This document shows positions 17,432 through 27,224 of a stretch of 64,000 nucleotides of DNA, piece by piece. Position numbers and translations under genes: made by a program. The stretch covers positions 12,164 through 76,163 of the forward strand of contig CAWIPT010000005.1 in NCBI GenBank assembly GCA_963838125.1, given 5' to 3'. The notes under the pieces are model-generated. The model ran no database searches and was not told the origin of the DNA. It saw only the letters and a program-made list of their open reading frames with translations. Source of the stretch: an uncultured Chloroflexia bacterium. GTDB lineage: Bacteria > Chloroflexota > Limnocylindria > QHBO01. Numbering within the stretch: position 1 is the stretch's first letter; every line of letters starts with the position of its first letter.

Positions 17432-18728
17432 ATGACCCGGTTCACGCAGCGCCTGCGCGAGAACTTCGGCGCGCTCGAGGAGCGCAATTTCCGCTACCTG
17501 TGGCTGGGCCAGACCGGCTCGGCCATCGGCGACGGGCTGTCGTTCGTGGCCATCGCCTTCGCCGTGCTTTCCGATCGGCGGCTCGGCGACGGAGATCGGT
17601 ATCGTCTTCGCCGCGTTCTTCCTGCCCAACGTGATCTTCCTGCTGGTCGGCGGCGTGTGGGCCGACCGGCTGCCGCGGAACCTGGTGATGCTGACCAGCG
17701 ACGGCGTGCGCGCCGCCGTCCAGATCGGCCTTGCCGTGCTCCTGTTCTCCGGGTCGGCGGAGGTGTGGCACATCGTGATCGCGGCTGCGCTGCACGGAGC
17801 CGCGTCCGCCTTCTTCGTCCCGGCTTCGACCGGGCTCATGCCACAGGTTGTCAGCCCGGGACGGCTTCAGCAGGCGAACGCGCTGATGACCCTGTCGCGG
17901 AGCGCCGCGTTCCTCATCGGTCCGGCGGTGTCCGGCATCCTGGTCGCGGCCAGCGGTCCCGGCACCGTGTTCGCCATCGACGCGGTGACGTACCTCTTCT
18001 CGATGATCACCCTCGCCCTGATGCGAATCGATCGCGCGGTGGCCACCGAGGTGCGCGAGTCATTCCTGTCTGAACTGAAACAGGGGTGGCACGAAGTGCG
18101 CTCGCGGGACTGGCTCATCGGCTCGTTGCTCGTGTTCGGCATCTCGAACATGGCGATGGGCTCGTTCATGGTCCTTGGGCCGGTGATCGTCGATCGCGAG
18201 CTGGGTGGAGCTGCGGAATGGGGTCTGATCATGACCGTGGGCGCGCTGGGCGCGATCATCGGCGGAGCGGTGGCGCTGCGCTGGAAGCCGGCGCGGCCGT
18301 TGGCCGTCGGGTTCGCGCTGATGCTGATCGGCGCCACGCGGACCCTCTCGCTCATCCCACCGCTGCCGGTGCTGGTGATCGCCATTTCGGCCATGGCCAC
18401 CCTGGTCGCCATCTCCATCTCGAACACCCTGTGGGAGACCGTGCTCCAGCAGCGCATTCCCCAGGCCTCGCTGTCGCGCGTATCGTCCTACGACTGGATG
18501 GTGTCGCTCGCCTTCCAACCCGTTGCGTTCGTGATCATCGGTCCGCTGGCGGACGCCATCGGCGAGGTGCCGACCCTCCTGCTGGCGTCGGCCATTGCCC
18601 TGGCCGCCAACCTCGGCGCCCTCCTGGTGCCGAGCATCCGGAACATGCGGCGCCTGGACGACGACGCCCCGCCGGAGTCAGCCGGCGACGTCCCGCAGCC
18701 GATGACCACGGGCAGTCCCGTCCCGTGA
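17432..18728 (+). CDS. MFS transporter (EntS/MFS_3-like efflux type); frameshifted near 17570 as sequenced
   Basis: N-terminus NFRYLWLGQTGSAIGDGLSFVAIAFAVL is in ORF 17432..18073. The rest (GGSATEIGIVFAAFFLPNVIFLLVGGVWADRLPR plus 10 further TM segments) is in ORF 17631..18728. Confidence 0.75.
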
Positions 18729-18768
18729 ACCTTGACGTTCGCCACGGGCCGCATCGAGAGGAGCTGCC

Positions 18769-18969
18769 ATGACCTGGGAACAAGCGGAACAAACGGCCAA
18801 CCCGGTTCTCAAGTGCCCGCTGTGCGGCGGGCTGGAGTTCGAACAGCAACAGGGTCGGATGGACTCCCGATGGGGCATCACCAGTCACAAGCTCGTGATG
18901 CAGATCTGCAAGCGCTGCGGCCTCGTCCTGCAGTTCTCGGCCGGGCGCGGGATCTTCGATTTCGACTGA
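18769..18969 (+). CDS. Small zinc-ribbon protein
   Basis: 66 aa with a CPLCGG ... CKRCG pair and a GAGAGGAG RBS. Confidence 0.55.
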   Translation: MTWEQAEQTANPVLKCPLCGGLEFEQQQGRMDSRWGITSHKLVMQICKRCGLVLQFSAGRGIFDFD

Positions 18970-18997
18970 CCCCGGCGCAACCTCCTAGACTGACACC

Positions 18998-19320
18998 ATG
19001 TTCTCGTTCCTGACCGGCAAGAAGACCTCCATGCCCGATCCGGCCAAGGCCCTCCCGGGCCGGGGCAACCCCATTTCCACCGCCGAGCGCCACGACATCA
19101 ACGGCCAGCCACTGAAGGGCCCGTATCCCGAGGGGTCGGAAATTGCCGACTTCGCGGCCGGATGCTTCTGGGGCGTGGAGAAGACCTTCTGGCAGGTCCC
19201 CGGCGTGATCGTCACGGCGGTCGGCTACCAGGGCGGCTACACCGCCAACCCGACCTACGAGGAGGTGTGCACCGGGCAGACCGGGCACGCCGAGACCGTG
19301 CGGGTCGTCTACGACCCGGC
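18998..19320 (+). pseudogene. msrA: Peptide-methionine (S)-S-oxide reductase MsrA, 3'-truncated (N-terminal ~107 codons only)
   Basis: Collinear with E. coli-type MsrA through [58 protein letters not shown]. Homology then stops. The FWxxHDPT and GTQYRS parts are absent in all frames. Confidence 0.75.
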
Positions 19321-19617
19321 TCGCTGGCGCGGAATCGGGTCAGCTCCGCTTCGCGCGCGGAGAGCTCGGCGGATAGGACTTCTGGGAGCTTGAGCATCGA
19401 GCCGTCCGTGGCCATGGCGCTCACGGCCTGGTCTCGGCCGGATAGGCCATCCCCGGCCTTGGCGATCTCGTCGTCGATCCGGCGCCGCTCGATGTCAAGC
19501 TCGGCCATGCGCTCGTCGATGGCATCGACAACTCGGTGGGGCGGCGCAACCTTGTCCAGTCCGAGGAATCCGATTGGGTCATTCACGACGGGCGCATGCT
19601 GCCGGTCCGGGTGTACT

Positions 19618-20682
19618 TCAGTCCGGCAGGCGCCCGCTCACCGGCGAACGGTCGCGAGTGTCGAGGCACCACAGCCCTCGGTAGCCGTCGACCCAGGGCA
19701 CGCGGTCGTCGACCGGCACGACCGACCATTCCGTACCCTGCCCTGGCCCAATCTCCTTCCCGTCTCCCCGGGCGTAGTCGACAAATGGGATGCTCAGCGC
19801 GGATTCGACCCGCGCACCGAGATCGCCCGGATCGCCCTGGCGGAGCGTGTCGCGCCAGACGTGGCGGACGAAGTCGAAGAGACCCCGGAGGCCGCGGAGG
19901 GCGGGCAGGGGCACGGTGGTGATGTACTCGCCGGCCTCAAAGTACGCCGCGTGCGACCCAGCACCCGCGTAGATCACCGGGTGATCGCCGACATGGGTGA
20001 TGAATGGGTCGTCCCACCGTCGGCGGAGCTCGTCACCCGAATAGTCGTGAGCGGCACAACCGAACCACACCGGGCGCGGGCCATCCGGTGAGTCCTCCAG
20101 GACGACGTAGGCCTGCTCCAGGTCCGCCTCGTGGTCGTTCGCGCCGGCAAACGTGGAGCGCCAGTCGTTCATGAAATAGAAGTAGAGGTAGTGGAGGACG
20201 ATCCAGCCACCCCTCCGGACGACCCGCCCGTGGTAGACGTGTCGTGGGTCGGTGGCGAGGGCGGCGTCGTACTTGATCGCAGCCGCGGCCGCGGTTCCAC
20301 CGGGCACCTTCCCTCGGAGGAGGAGAGACCCGTTGAACGCCGCGTCGACCAGTCGGGCGAACAGGCCGACCCGGGCGAGCCGACCGGGCGCCTTGAACAC
20401 TGGTCGTTCCGGCCTACGCGACCATCGGGCGAGGGCCAGCCCGCCCAGCGGCTCCTGGACAAGGCGCAGGAAGAGCGTGTTCCCGGGCGGGGCGGTCTGT
20501 CGGGCCAGAGTCTCGGCGTCCAGCTCTCCATTCGGGATGAGAAGCCGGGTCTCCTGGGTCGAACCCACCAGGAGGTCGCACGCCGCCAGGTAGGGCTCGA
20601 TCGCGGTCGGGAAGAAGAGCTCGCCGTGGGTGTATCGAATAATCGGCTCGTAGGCGCGGAGCAGCTCGAGGTCGGTGCTCAT
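19618..20682 (-). CDS. Vps62/DUF946-related hypothetical protein (probably extends further 3' through two frameshifts)
   Basis: LLRAYEPIIRYTHGELFFP, LHYLYFYFMNDW, NDHEADLEQAYVVL and HPVIYAGAGSHAAYF resemble the Vps62 family. With single-base corrections near 19647 and 19588, the reading GERAPAGLKYTRTGSMRPSWNDPIGFLGLDKV... continues into ORF 19212..19586. Confidence 0.55.
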   Translation of the reverse strand: MSTDLELLRAYEPIIRYTHGELFFPTAIEPYLAACDLLVGSTQETRLLIPNGELDAETLARQTAPPGNTLFLRLVQEPLGGLALARWSRRPERPVFKAPGRLARVGLFARLVDAAFNGSLLLRGKVPGGTAAAAAIKYDAALATDPRHVYHGRVVRRGGWIVLHYLYFYFMNDWRSTFAGANDHEADLEQAYVVLEDSPDGPRPVWFGCAAHDYSGDELRRRWDDPFITHVGDHPVIYAGAGSHAAYFEAGEYITTVPLPALRGLRGLFDFVRHVWRDTLRQGDPGDLGARVESALSIPFVDYARGDGKEIGPGQGTEWSVVPVDDRVPWVDGYRGLWCLDTRDRSPVSGRLPD

Positions 20683-21110
20683 TCGCCTTCGCTCCCCCTC
20701 GGGGTCGCTGCCCGCGACGATGGATTGTCCTGCCCGAATGCCTCGCGCACGGCCGGCTGATTGAGGTACAGGACGATGGCGACCAGGATCGCCAGCCGGA
20801 GGTCGTCGGAATGACCACCCAAACGAGAGCTGAGCTCATTGACCAGCCCTATCCCGGCAAGCAAGGTCGTCGCGATGAGGCCTATGGGGAGCAGCCTGAC
20901 AAGCGCGCCCGCGGATGCGATGCCGACGATCGCCACGACGGCGATCACCACCGAGACGACGCCGCCCTGGCCGCTGAGCGTCGCGATGATGCTCGAGCTG
21001 CTCGAGGCCCGAATTCCTGCAGCGTCCAGCAACAGGAGGCTGAACAGAAACGCCTCGAGGACGGCCGCGACCCATACCCCGAAGGGCACGTGCCGAGCTC
21101 TTGTCTCCAC
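20679..21110 (-). CDS. Hypothetical membrane protein
   Basis: 143 aa, 4 hydrophobic segments. Its stop overlaps the downstream start (ATGA), suggesting an operon with the Vps62-like gene. Confidence 0.5.
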   Translation of the reverse strand: METRARHVPFGVWVAAVLEAFLFSLLLLDAAGIRASSSSSIIATLSGQGGVVSVVIAVVAIVGIASAGALVRLLPIGLIATTLLAGIGLVNELSSRLGGHSDDLRLAILVAIVLYLNQPAVREAFGQDNPSSRAATPRGSEGE

Positions 21111-21271
21111 CGGTCGATGCTACGGCATGCCTGCGGCATCGGACGCCATCCGCCTCGGAGGGATTGGCGCGTATCCAGCTAGTCAGGCCGCGCGAGGCTT
21201 GGGCTCCCGAACGGCTATTGCCCTGTGCACTCCACCGGCGTGGTCCTGCCGGTCGCGCAGATGGAGCAGGT

Positions 21272-21700
21272 CTAACCGGGAGCCGACTCGGCGGCGCGCT
21301 TCATGCCCTGCGCCTCGATGGTCATGTAGCGGTTGGTCAGGTCCCTGTAGAGCCGACCGAAGACTGGGACGAGCAGGCCCCGCATGTCCAGGGTCAGGGT
21401 CAGGCGGGAGCGGCCGTCCTCCAGCGCGTCGACACGATGGCCCGCGACGGTGGTGACGCCGCCGGATTGCTGGCGGAACTCGAAGTAGGACGGAGGATCC
21501 CAGATGGTGACCTCCCATATGCCCTCGGGCAGCTTGGGTTGCCTGAGGCGCACGCGGCTGCCTTCCCCCACCGGAGCGGGCGTGAGCAGCTCGACGACGT
21601 CGACCGTCTCGATCCGCTGCGGCCACGCTTCGAGGTCGCCGAGCACGTCCCACACGCGCTGCTGCCGGGCGTCGATGTCGATGGATTGCTCAAAGCGCAT
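21272..21700 (-). CDS. SRPBCC-family protein (polyketide cyclase/dehydrase-like)
   Basis: 142 aa. MRFEQSIDIDARQQRVWDVLGDLEAWPQ is the typical SRPBCC N-terminus. Confidence 0.7.
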   Translation of the reverse strand: MRFEQSIDIDARQQRVWDVLGDLEAWPQRIETVDVVELLTPAPVGEGSRVRLRQPKLPEGIWEVTIWDPPSYFEFRQQSGGVTTVAGHRVDALEDGRSRLTLTLDMRGLLVPVFGRLYRDLTNRYMTIEAQGMKRAAESAPG

Positions 21701-21709
21701 GGTGGGCGG

Positions 21710-23072
21710 TCACCTCGGTGCGACTCGGCCGAAGCTCCTGCGAGAGTGTCGTCTCGCGGGTCGCTGGGACCGCACGTCCGAGGCGCCAGGCCACCGACCG
21801 ATGCTGGCCGGGCTGGCCGGCGCGTAGCCAGGATTGGCTCGCGGAGCGCCGGTTCGCGGTCGATTCCGATTGTGCCGTGGGGGTCGTGCATTTCCCTGTC
21901 CGCTGCGCAGGCGGATCGACTGAGGGCGAATCGAGCGATCCGGCTCGAAGCCGGGGATGACCTCGACCGGGATGGCGTGACCGAGGAGCCGTTCGATGTC
22001 GCGGAGGAGTGGTCCCTCGTCCACGCAGACGAGCGACACGGCGATGCCGTCGACGCCCGCCCGACCGGTGCGTCCGATGCGATGGACGTAGTCGGAGGGC
22101 ACCATCGGCAGCTCGAAGTTGACGACATGCGGCAGCGCATCGATATCCAGGCCGCGCGCCGCCACCTCGGTCGCGATGAGCAGGGTGACCCGCCCCGCCT
22201 TGAAGTCCGCCAGGGCGCGGGTCCGCTGGGGCTGGCTCTTGTTGCCGTGGATGGCGGCAACCGCGATGCCGTCGCGATGGAGCTGCTCCGCCAGACGGTT
22301 GGCGCCGTGCTTGGTCCGGGTGAAGACGAGCGCCTGGTCGATCTTCCGTGACCGAACCAGCTGGCTCAGGAGCTCCCGCTTGCGCTCACGGTCAACCGGG
22401 TGAATGACCTGGTCGACGAGCTCTGAGGGCGTGTTCCGAGCGGCGATCTGGACCTGGGCCGGGCGGTCGAGCAGGCCATCGGCCAAATGACGGATCTCGT
22501 TCGAGAACGTGGCCGAGAACAGCAGGTTCTGCCGCTCAGCGGGCAGTTCGGCAAGGATCCGGCGGATGTCACGGATGAATCCCATGTCGAGCATGCGATC
22601 CGCCTCGTCCAGGACGAGGACCTCGACTCCGCCCAGGTCGACGGTGCCCTGACCGACATGGTCGAGCAGCCGACCCGGCGTCGCGACCACGATCTCGGCT
22701 CCGGCACGCAGGGCGCGCGCCTGGGGATGGAATCCGACGCCGCCAAAGACGGCGGTCGACCGGATGGGCCGATGCCGGCCGTAGGTGCGGACGGACTCTT
22801 CTACCTGCATGGCCAGCTCGCGGGTGGGAACCAGCACGAGTACGCGGACCCGGCTGACGGCCACCAGGGCGGGGTGAGGCATGGAGGCGCTGCAGGATCG
22901 GCAGCACGAATGCGGCCGTCTTGCCGGTGCCGGTCTGGGCGCCGGCCAGCAGGTCGCGCCCGCCGAGGACGAAGGGAATCGCCTCGCGCTGGACGGGGGT
23001 GGGCTGGGTGTAGCCCGAGTCCGCGACAGCGCGGAGCAGGTCGGGCGACAGCCCGAGGTGAGCAAAGGACAC
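21710..23072 (-). CDS. DEAD-box ATP-dependent RNA helicase (RhlE-like); frameshifted near 22875 as sequenced
   Basis: Q-motif and motif I ([20 protein letters not shown]) are in ORF 22569..23072. Motifs Ia-VI ([33 protein letters not shown]) and a basic tail are in ORF 21710..23065. GTG start with AGGAGAA RBS. Confidence 0.85.
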
Positions 23073-23290
23073 GGTGGTGATTCTCCTGACGAGGCCCTCC
23101 CGCGCGATGCGGGGCCCGGTCAGGGCATGGGTGATTCGGGGTTCAGCGGCAAGGGGCCGGGACGCAGACCGATGCGTCCGTGGAAACCCGGGGAGTCACC
23201 ACCTTACCACAAGCCCGGGTGAAGCCCCCCTGGACCCGGTCGGGGATTGCCGCGCGCCGAATCGGGTGGAGCAGCGCGAGGCAGCCGCAG

Positions 23291-23542
23291 CTACGCGGTC
23301 GCCTGGCGGACGTTGGAGTCGTCGTCGACTTCGATCCCAAACCGCTTCGCCGCGCGAAGAATCTTGCGCCGGGCGCGATCCCTGGCCGTCTTGCTCTCGA
23401 AATCGGTCTGGTTGAAGCGCGCGATCGCATTCCGAACGTGCGACTCGTCGTGGATCGGGAGATGCTCCCCGCCCTCGCGGTCGACATAAGCGAACTGCGT
23501 CGATCGCAGGTTCTCGCGCTTGTTCTCCGTGAGCTCTGCCAT
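23291..23542 (-). CDS. Small conserved hypothetical protein (DUF6582-like)
   Basis: 83 aa. FAYVDREGGEHLPIHDESHVRNAIARFNQT resembles a small actinobacterial family of unknown function. Confidence 0.5.
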   Translation of the reverse strand: MAELTENKRENLRSTQFAYVDREGGEHLPIHDESHVRNAIARFNQTDFESKTARDRARRKILRAAKRFGIEVDDDSNVRQATA

Positions 23543-23658
23543 GGACCGATCGTCGTCGTCGCCGGTCGCGGTGCCGCAACGGCTCTCCCCCGGCGCCGTT
23601 GCAATCCCGCTACAGATTCAGCGGGCGAAGCGGATCAGCGGATGCGGGCGCGGCTCGG

Positions 23659-25179
23659 TCACGACTGGCGCCGGGCGGCAGCCTCCAGTTCATCCGCCAT
23701 CTGCCGCAGGCTGGCCGCAAGTTCGGAGGTGATCTCGCCCTCTCGCTCGAGTTCATCGATGGCGCGACGAAGGTCGCGCGCGGCCTTGTTGATGTCGCCT
23801 CCACTCAGGTCATCTTCAAGGAATCGGTCGGCGTGCTCGATGAGCTCCTCGGCAGCACCTTCCTCGATCTGCCCACTCTGCTGCCCGGCGTCCACCGTCT
23901 CGCGGAATTGCTCGAACGCAGCCTCCAGGGTCATCGGGGCGGGTACTGGCGTGGGGGTCGGAGCAGGGGTGGGAACCGGCGTAACGCTGGGCGAGGGCGC
24001 CGTCACCTGAGATGGGGACGCCGCTGCCTCCACGCCCAGAAGGCCGAGATCGCCCCTGGTCAGGACGAACAGCATCGCGGCAATCGCCACGGCAAGGCCG
24101 ATGACCGTCCAGGTCGCAACCTGCTGGTCGTCGGACGCCGCTTGGGCGTGGTCATCCTCGCCGCCGACGACGGGCGCCGGAGCTGCGGGCACCGGGGCGG
24201 GAGCGAGGGGAACCGGGTCAGGAGCGGATCCGACGTCGCTCGGGGGTACGGACGCGGCTGCCAACGGCACGACAACCGCTGCCTGGGTGACGTCATCAGA
24301 CGCACCGGCTATGGCCGGCGCGGCGTCGGACTCGATCCAGGTCCGGAGCTCATTGGCGAGAGCCCCAGCCGATGATTGGCGCCGATCTGGTTCGGGATCG
24401 AGTGCCATCCGGACGATCGCCGCCAGCGCCGGCGGCGCGTCTCCAAAGGCCATGGGCGGTGTCTGCTGAGCCTCGAGCAGCTCCACGGGCGTGGTGGACT
24501 GGAATGGGGCATCACCCGTCAGCATCTCGGCGAGCAGGATCCCGGTCGCATAGATATCGGCTGCCGGGCCTACATCCTCTCCGCGCAGCTGCTCGGGGGC
24601 CATGTATCGGAGGGTGCCGGTGACGGTGCCCTCTGCAGTGAGATGGGTCGCCTCATCGGCCAGGATCCGGGCGATGCCGAAGTCCACCAGCTTGGCCTCG
24701 CCGTCGTTCCCGATGAGGACGTTGGCCGCCTTTACGTCGCGGTGGACGACGCCGCGCTCGTGAGCGTGATCGAGCGCCTCGGCCACCTCCGCTCCGATCC
24801 GGGCAGCCGCGCGCGGCGGCAATATCCGCTCGCGCTGCATCCGTTGCGCGAGCGATTCGCCATCGATGAGCTCGAGGATGATGGCCGCCGCGTCGCGGTC
24901 GACCGCGACGTCGTAGATGGCCACGATGCCGGGGTACGAAAGGGCGGCAGCCGCCCTCGCTTCCTGCGTCAGCCGGGCGCGGGTCGTTTCGTCGGTGAGG
25001 AGGTGCCGGTGGAGGACCTTGACCGCTACCGGGCGCTCCAGGACGCGGTCGACGCCCTGCCAAACCTCGGCGCTGCCTCCCATCGCCAGCTGCCGCTCCA
25101 GCGTGTAGCGGTCGGCGAGGGAAGCCGGCAGGGGCGGCGGCTGGGTTTCGGCTTCGGGCTCGGGCTTGGGCGTGGGCAT
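23659..25179 (-). CDS. Transmembrane Ser/Thr protein kinase
   Basis: Hanks kinase motifs: GGSAEVW, VAVKVL, HRDVKAANVL, DFGIA, MAPEQ. These are followed by a Pro/Ala-rich linker, one TM helix (WTVIGLAVAIAAMLFVL) and a ~130-aa C-terminal domain. Confidence 0.85.
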   Translation of the reverse strand: MPTPKPEPEAETQPPPLPASLADRYTLERQLAMGGSAEVWQGVDRVLERPVAVKVLHRHLLTDETTRARLTQEARAAAALSYPGIVAIYDVAVDRDAAAIILELIDGESLAQRMQRERILPPRAAARIGAEVAEALDHAHERGVVHRDVKAANVLIGNDGEAKLVDFGIARILADEATHLTAEGTVTGTLRYMAPEQLRGEDVGPAADIYATGILLAEMLTGDAPFQSTTPVELLEAQQTPPMAFGDAPPALAAIVRMALDPEPDRRQSSAGALANELRTWIESDAAPAIAGASDDVTQAAVVVPLAAASVPPSDVGSAPDPVPLAPAPVPAAPAPVVGGEDDHAQAASDDQQVATWTVIGLAVAIAAMLFVLTRGDLGLLGVEAAASPSQVTAPSPSVTPVPTPAPTPTPVPAPMTLEAAFEQFRETVDAGQQSGQIEEGAAEELIEHADRFLEDDLSGGDINKAARDLRRAIDELEREGEITSELAASLRQMADELEAAARRQS

Positions 25180-25259
25180 GTGGCGGACATGCTAGCGGCG
25201 GGTCGCACGACCGTCGCCGGTACCGGAGTTTGCAGCGACGAGGCTGTACTCTGGCCCTC

Positions 25260-25535
25260 ATGAAAGGTGATCGTGTCGAGGCGGTGGTCGACACCGGGAA
25301 CGGGACGCAGAAGTTCGTCATCGAGGCCACCCGAGCCGGTCGCCGGCTTGAGGTAGCGACCAGTCGCGGCGTAGTGGAGGTGAGCGAGGTCACGCGATCC
25401 GGGACCCCGGTTCGCACCGGGCGCTTCATGGCCAGCCGGCTGATCGCCCTCGTCGAGTTCCCCGCCCACGAGGGCCGCGAATCGCAGGTCGAGGTGTCCA
25501 CTCGCCGCCGGATCACGACCGTCGGCGAGGACTGA
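25260..25535 (+). CDS. Hypothetical protein
   Basis: About 91 aa from ATG 25260 (MKGDRVEAVV...), divergent from the kinase gene. No recognisable domain. Confidence 0.35.
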   Translation: MKGDRVEAVVDTGNGTQKFVIEATRAGRRLEVATSRGVVEVSEVTRSGTPVRTGRFMASRLIALVEFPAHEGRESQVEVSTRRRITTVGED

Positions 25536-25567
25536 CCGATACCGCAGCGCCTCGAGCGCACGACCAC

Positions 25568-27217
25568 ATGACGCGCCTGGCCGACCTGGCGGTGCTTGGC
25601 GCGACCGTCGAGACGATCACCGGCCGGCAGTCGCCTGATGCATCGGCACCGGACGCGGTGGCGGTGACCGACGGGCGAATCAGCGCCGTCGGGACCGCGA
25701 CGGAGGTGGAGGGGCTCATCGGTCCATCCACCCGTGTGCTCCGCCTGAGTGGAGAAACCGTGCTCCCCGGATTCCAGGACGCGCACTGCCACGCGGTGTA
25801 CGGAGGACTGGTGCACACCGAATGCAACCTGCACGGGTTGGCGAACGAGGCCGCCTACCTGGCCGCGGTGAAGGCGTGGGCCGACGGGCATCCCGAGCTC
25901 GAGTGGATCACCGGCGACGGATGGACCTACGGCCAGTTTGCGGGCGGCATGCCGCACCGATCCGCGCTCGACCGGGTCGTCCCCGATCGGCCGGTGTTCC
26001 TGACCGCGTTCGACGGGCACACGGCGTGGGTCAACAGCCGGGCACTGGAGCTGGCCGGCGTCAGTCGGGACACGCCCGACCCGGGGCACGGGCGATTCAT
26101 CCGCGACCCAGACGGCACGCCGACCGGGGCGCTGGTCGAGGACGCGGTGGAGAGCGTGGACCGCCTGGTCCCGGACCCGTCTCACGAGACGCTGGTCCAG
26201 GCGCTCGGCGACAGCCAGCGCCAGCTCCACGCCTGGGGCATCACCGCCTGGCATGACCCCGGCGTGAATCCCGAATGGCTCCCCGTCTATCGGGAGCTGG
26301 CCGCCAATGGGCGGCTCACCGCACGGGTTGTTGCCGCCCAGCAATGGCAGCCCTGGGGCAAGGAGCCGGAGGCCGATCCGCTCCCCCGCCTGCTCGAGGG
26401 CAGGGACGGGTCACGCTTCGAACGCCTCCGGTCCGATGTCGTGAAGTTCTTCCTGGACGGGGTGTTCGAGAGCCAGACGGCGCACCTGCTCGAGCCCTAT
26501 CTCCGGGCCGATGGCACAGCCGGGACCGACCGCGCGCAACCGGAGTACGAGCAGGCCGAGCTGGACGCCGCCGTAATCGAGCTCGAGCACCTGGGGTTCG
26601 ATGCGCATTTCCACGCCATCGGCGACGGCGCGGTTCGCATGGCCCTCGACGCGGTGACCGCCGCGCGAGCGGAGAACGGAGCCCGCGATGCCCGGCACTC
26701 GATCGCGCACATCGAGCTCATCCACCCCGACGACATCCCGCGCTTCGCGGCGCTCGGGGTCGCGGCCAACATGCAGCCGTTTTGGGCCCACGCCGACGAC
26801 GAGACGCGCGACATCCAGCGCCCGCTCATCGGTCGCGAGCGGGTGGAGGCGCGGTACGCGTTCGGCGACCTGCGACGGACCGGCGCTCGGCTGGCGATCG
26901 GCAGCGACTGGACAGTGACCACCGCCGATCCGCTGCAGATCCTGGAGGTCGCGGTGCGGCGGATCTTCCCCACCCAGCGGGCCGATCCGCCGTGGCGGCC
27001 CGACCAGCGATTGGACCTCGACACCGCGTTGGCGGCGGCCACCATTGGTTCGGCGTGGGTGAACCGATTGGAGACCGATACCGGCTCGATCGAGGTCGGC
27101 AAGCTGGCGGACCTCGTCGTCCTCGACCGGGACCTGCGCGCGATCCCGGACGGCCAGATCGCGGACGCGACGATTCAGCTCACCCTGGTCGAAGGTGTCG
27201 CCGTGTACGAAGGATGA
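25568..27217 (+). CDS. Amidohydrolase-family metallohydrolase (Amidohydro_3 type)
   Basis: 549 aa. PGFQDAHCH metal-binding start, later FHAIGD and HIELI, C-terminal IAIGSDW and GKLADLVVLD. Confidence 0.8.
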   Translation: MTRLADLAVLGATVETITGRQSPDASAPDAVAVTDGRISAVGTATEVEGLIGPSTRVLRLSGETVLPGFQDAHCHAVYGGLVHTECNLHGLANEAAYLAAVKAWADGHPELEWITGDGWTYGQFAGGMPHRSALDRVVPDRPVFLTAFDGHTAWVNSRALELAGVSRDTPDPGHGRFIRDPDGTPTGALVEDAVESVDRLVPDPSHETLVQALGDSQRQLHAWGITAWHDPGVNPEWLPVYRELAANGRLTARVVAAQQWQPWGKEPEADPLPRLLEGRDGSRFERLRSDVVKFFLDGVFESQTAHLLEPYLRADGTAGTDRAQPEYEQAELDAAVIELEHLGFDAHFHAIGDGAVRMALDAVTAARAENGARDARHSIAHIELIHPDDIPRFAALGVAANMQPFWAHADDETRDIQRPLIGRERVEARYAFGDLRRTGARLAIGSDWTVTTADPLQILEVAVRRIFPTQRADPPWRPDQRLDLDTALAAATIGSAWVNRLETDTGSIEVGKLADLVVLDRDLRAIPDGQIADATIQLTLVEGVAVYEG

Positions 27218-27224
27218 GCAGCCG

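Noticed and set aside
23073-23290. Long GC-rich 5' region upstream of the DEAD-box helicase as a possible riboswitch or cold-shock leader
   Set aside because: I could not recognise any conserved riboswitch core or a cold-box-like element. Only generic GC-rich pairing potential is present, so I did not report it as a feature.
24653-26344. 563-aa minus-strand ORF spanning the kinase 5' end and the amidohydrolase
   Set aside because: It is out of frame or antisense relative to two genes with clear catalytic motifs and has no motifs of its own.
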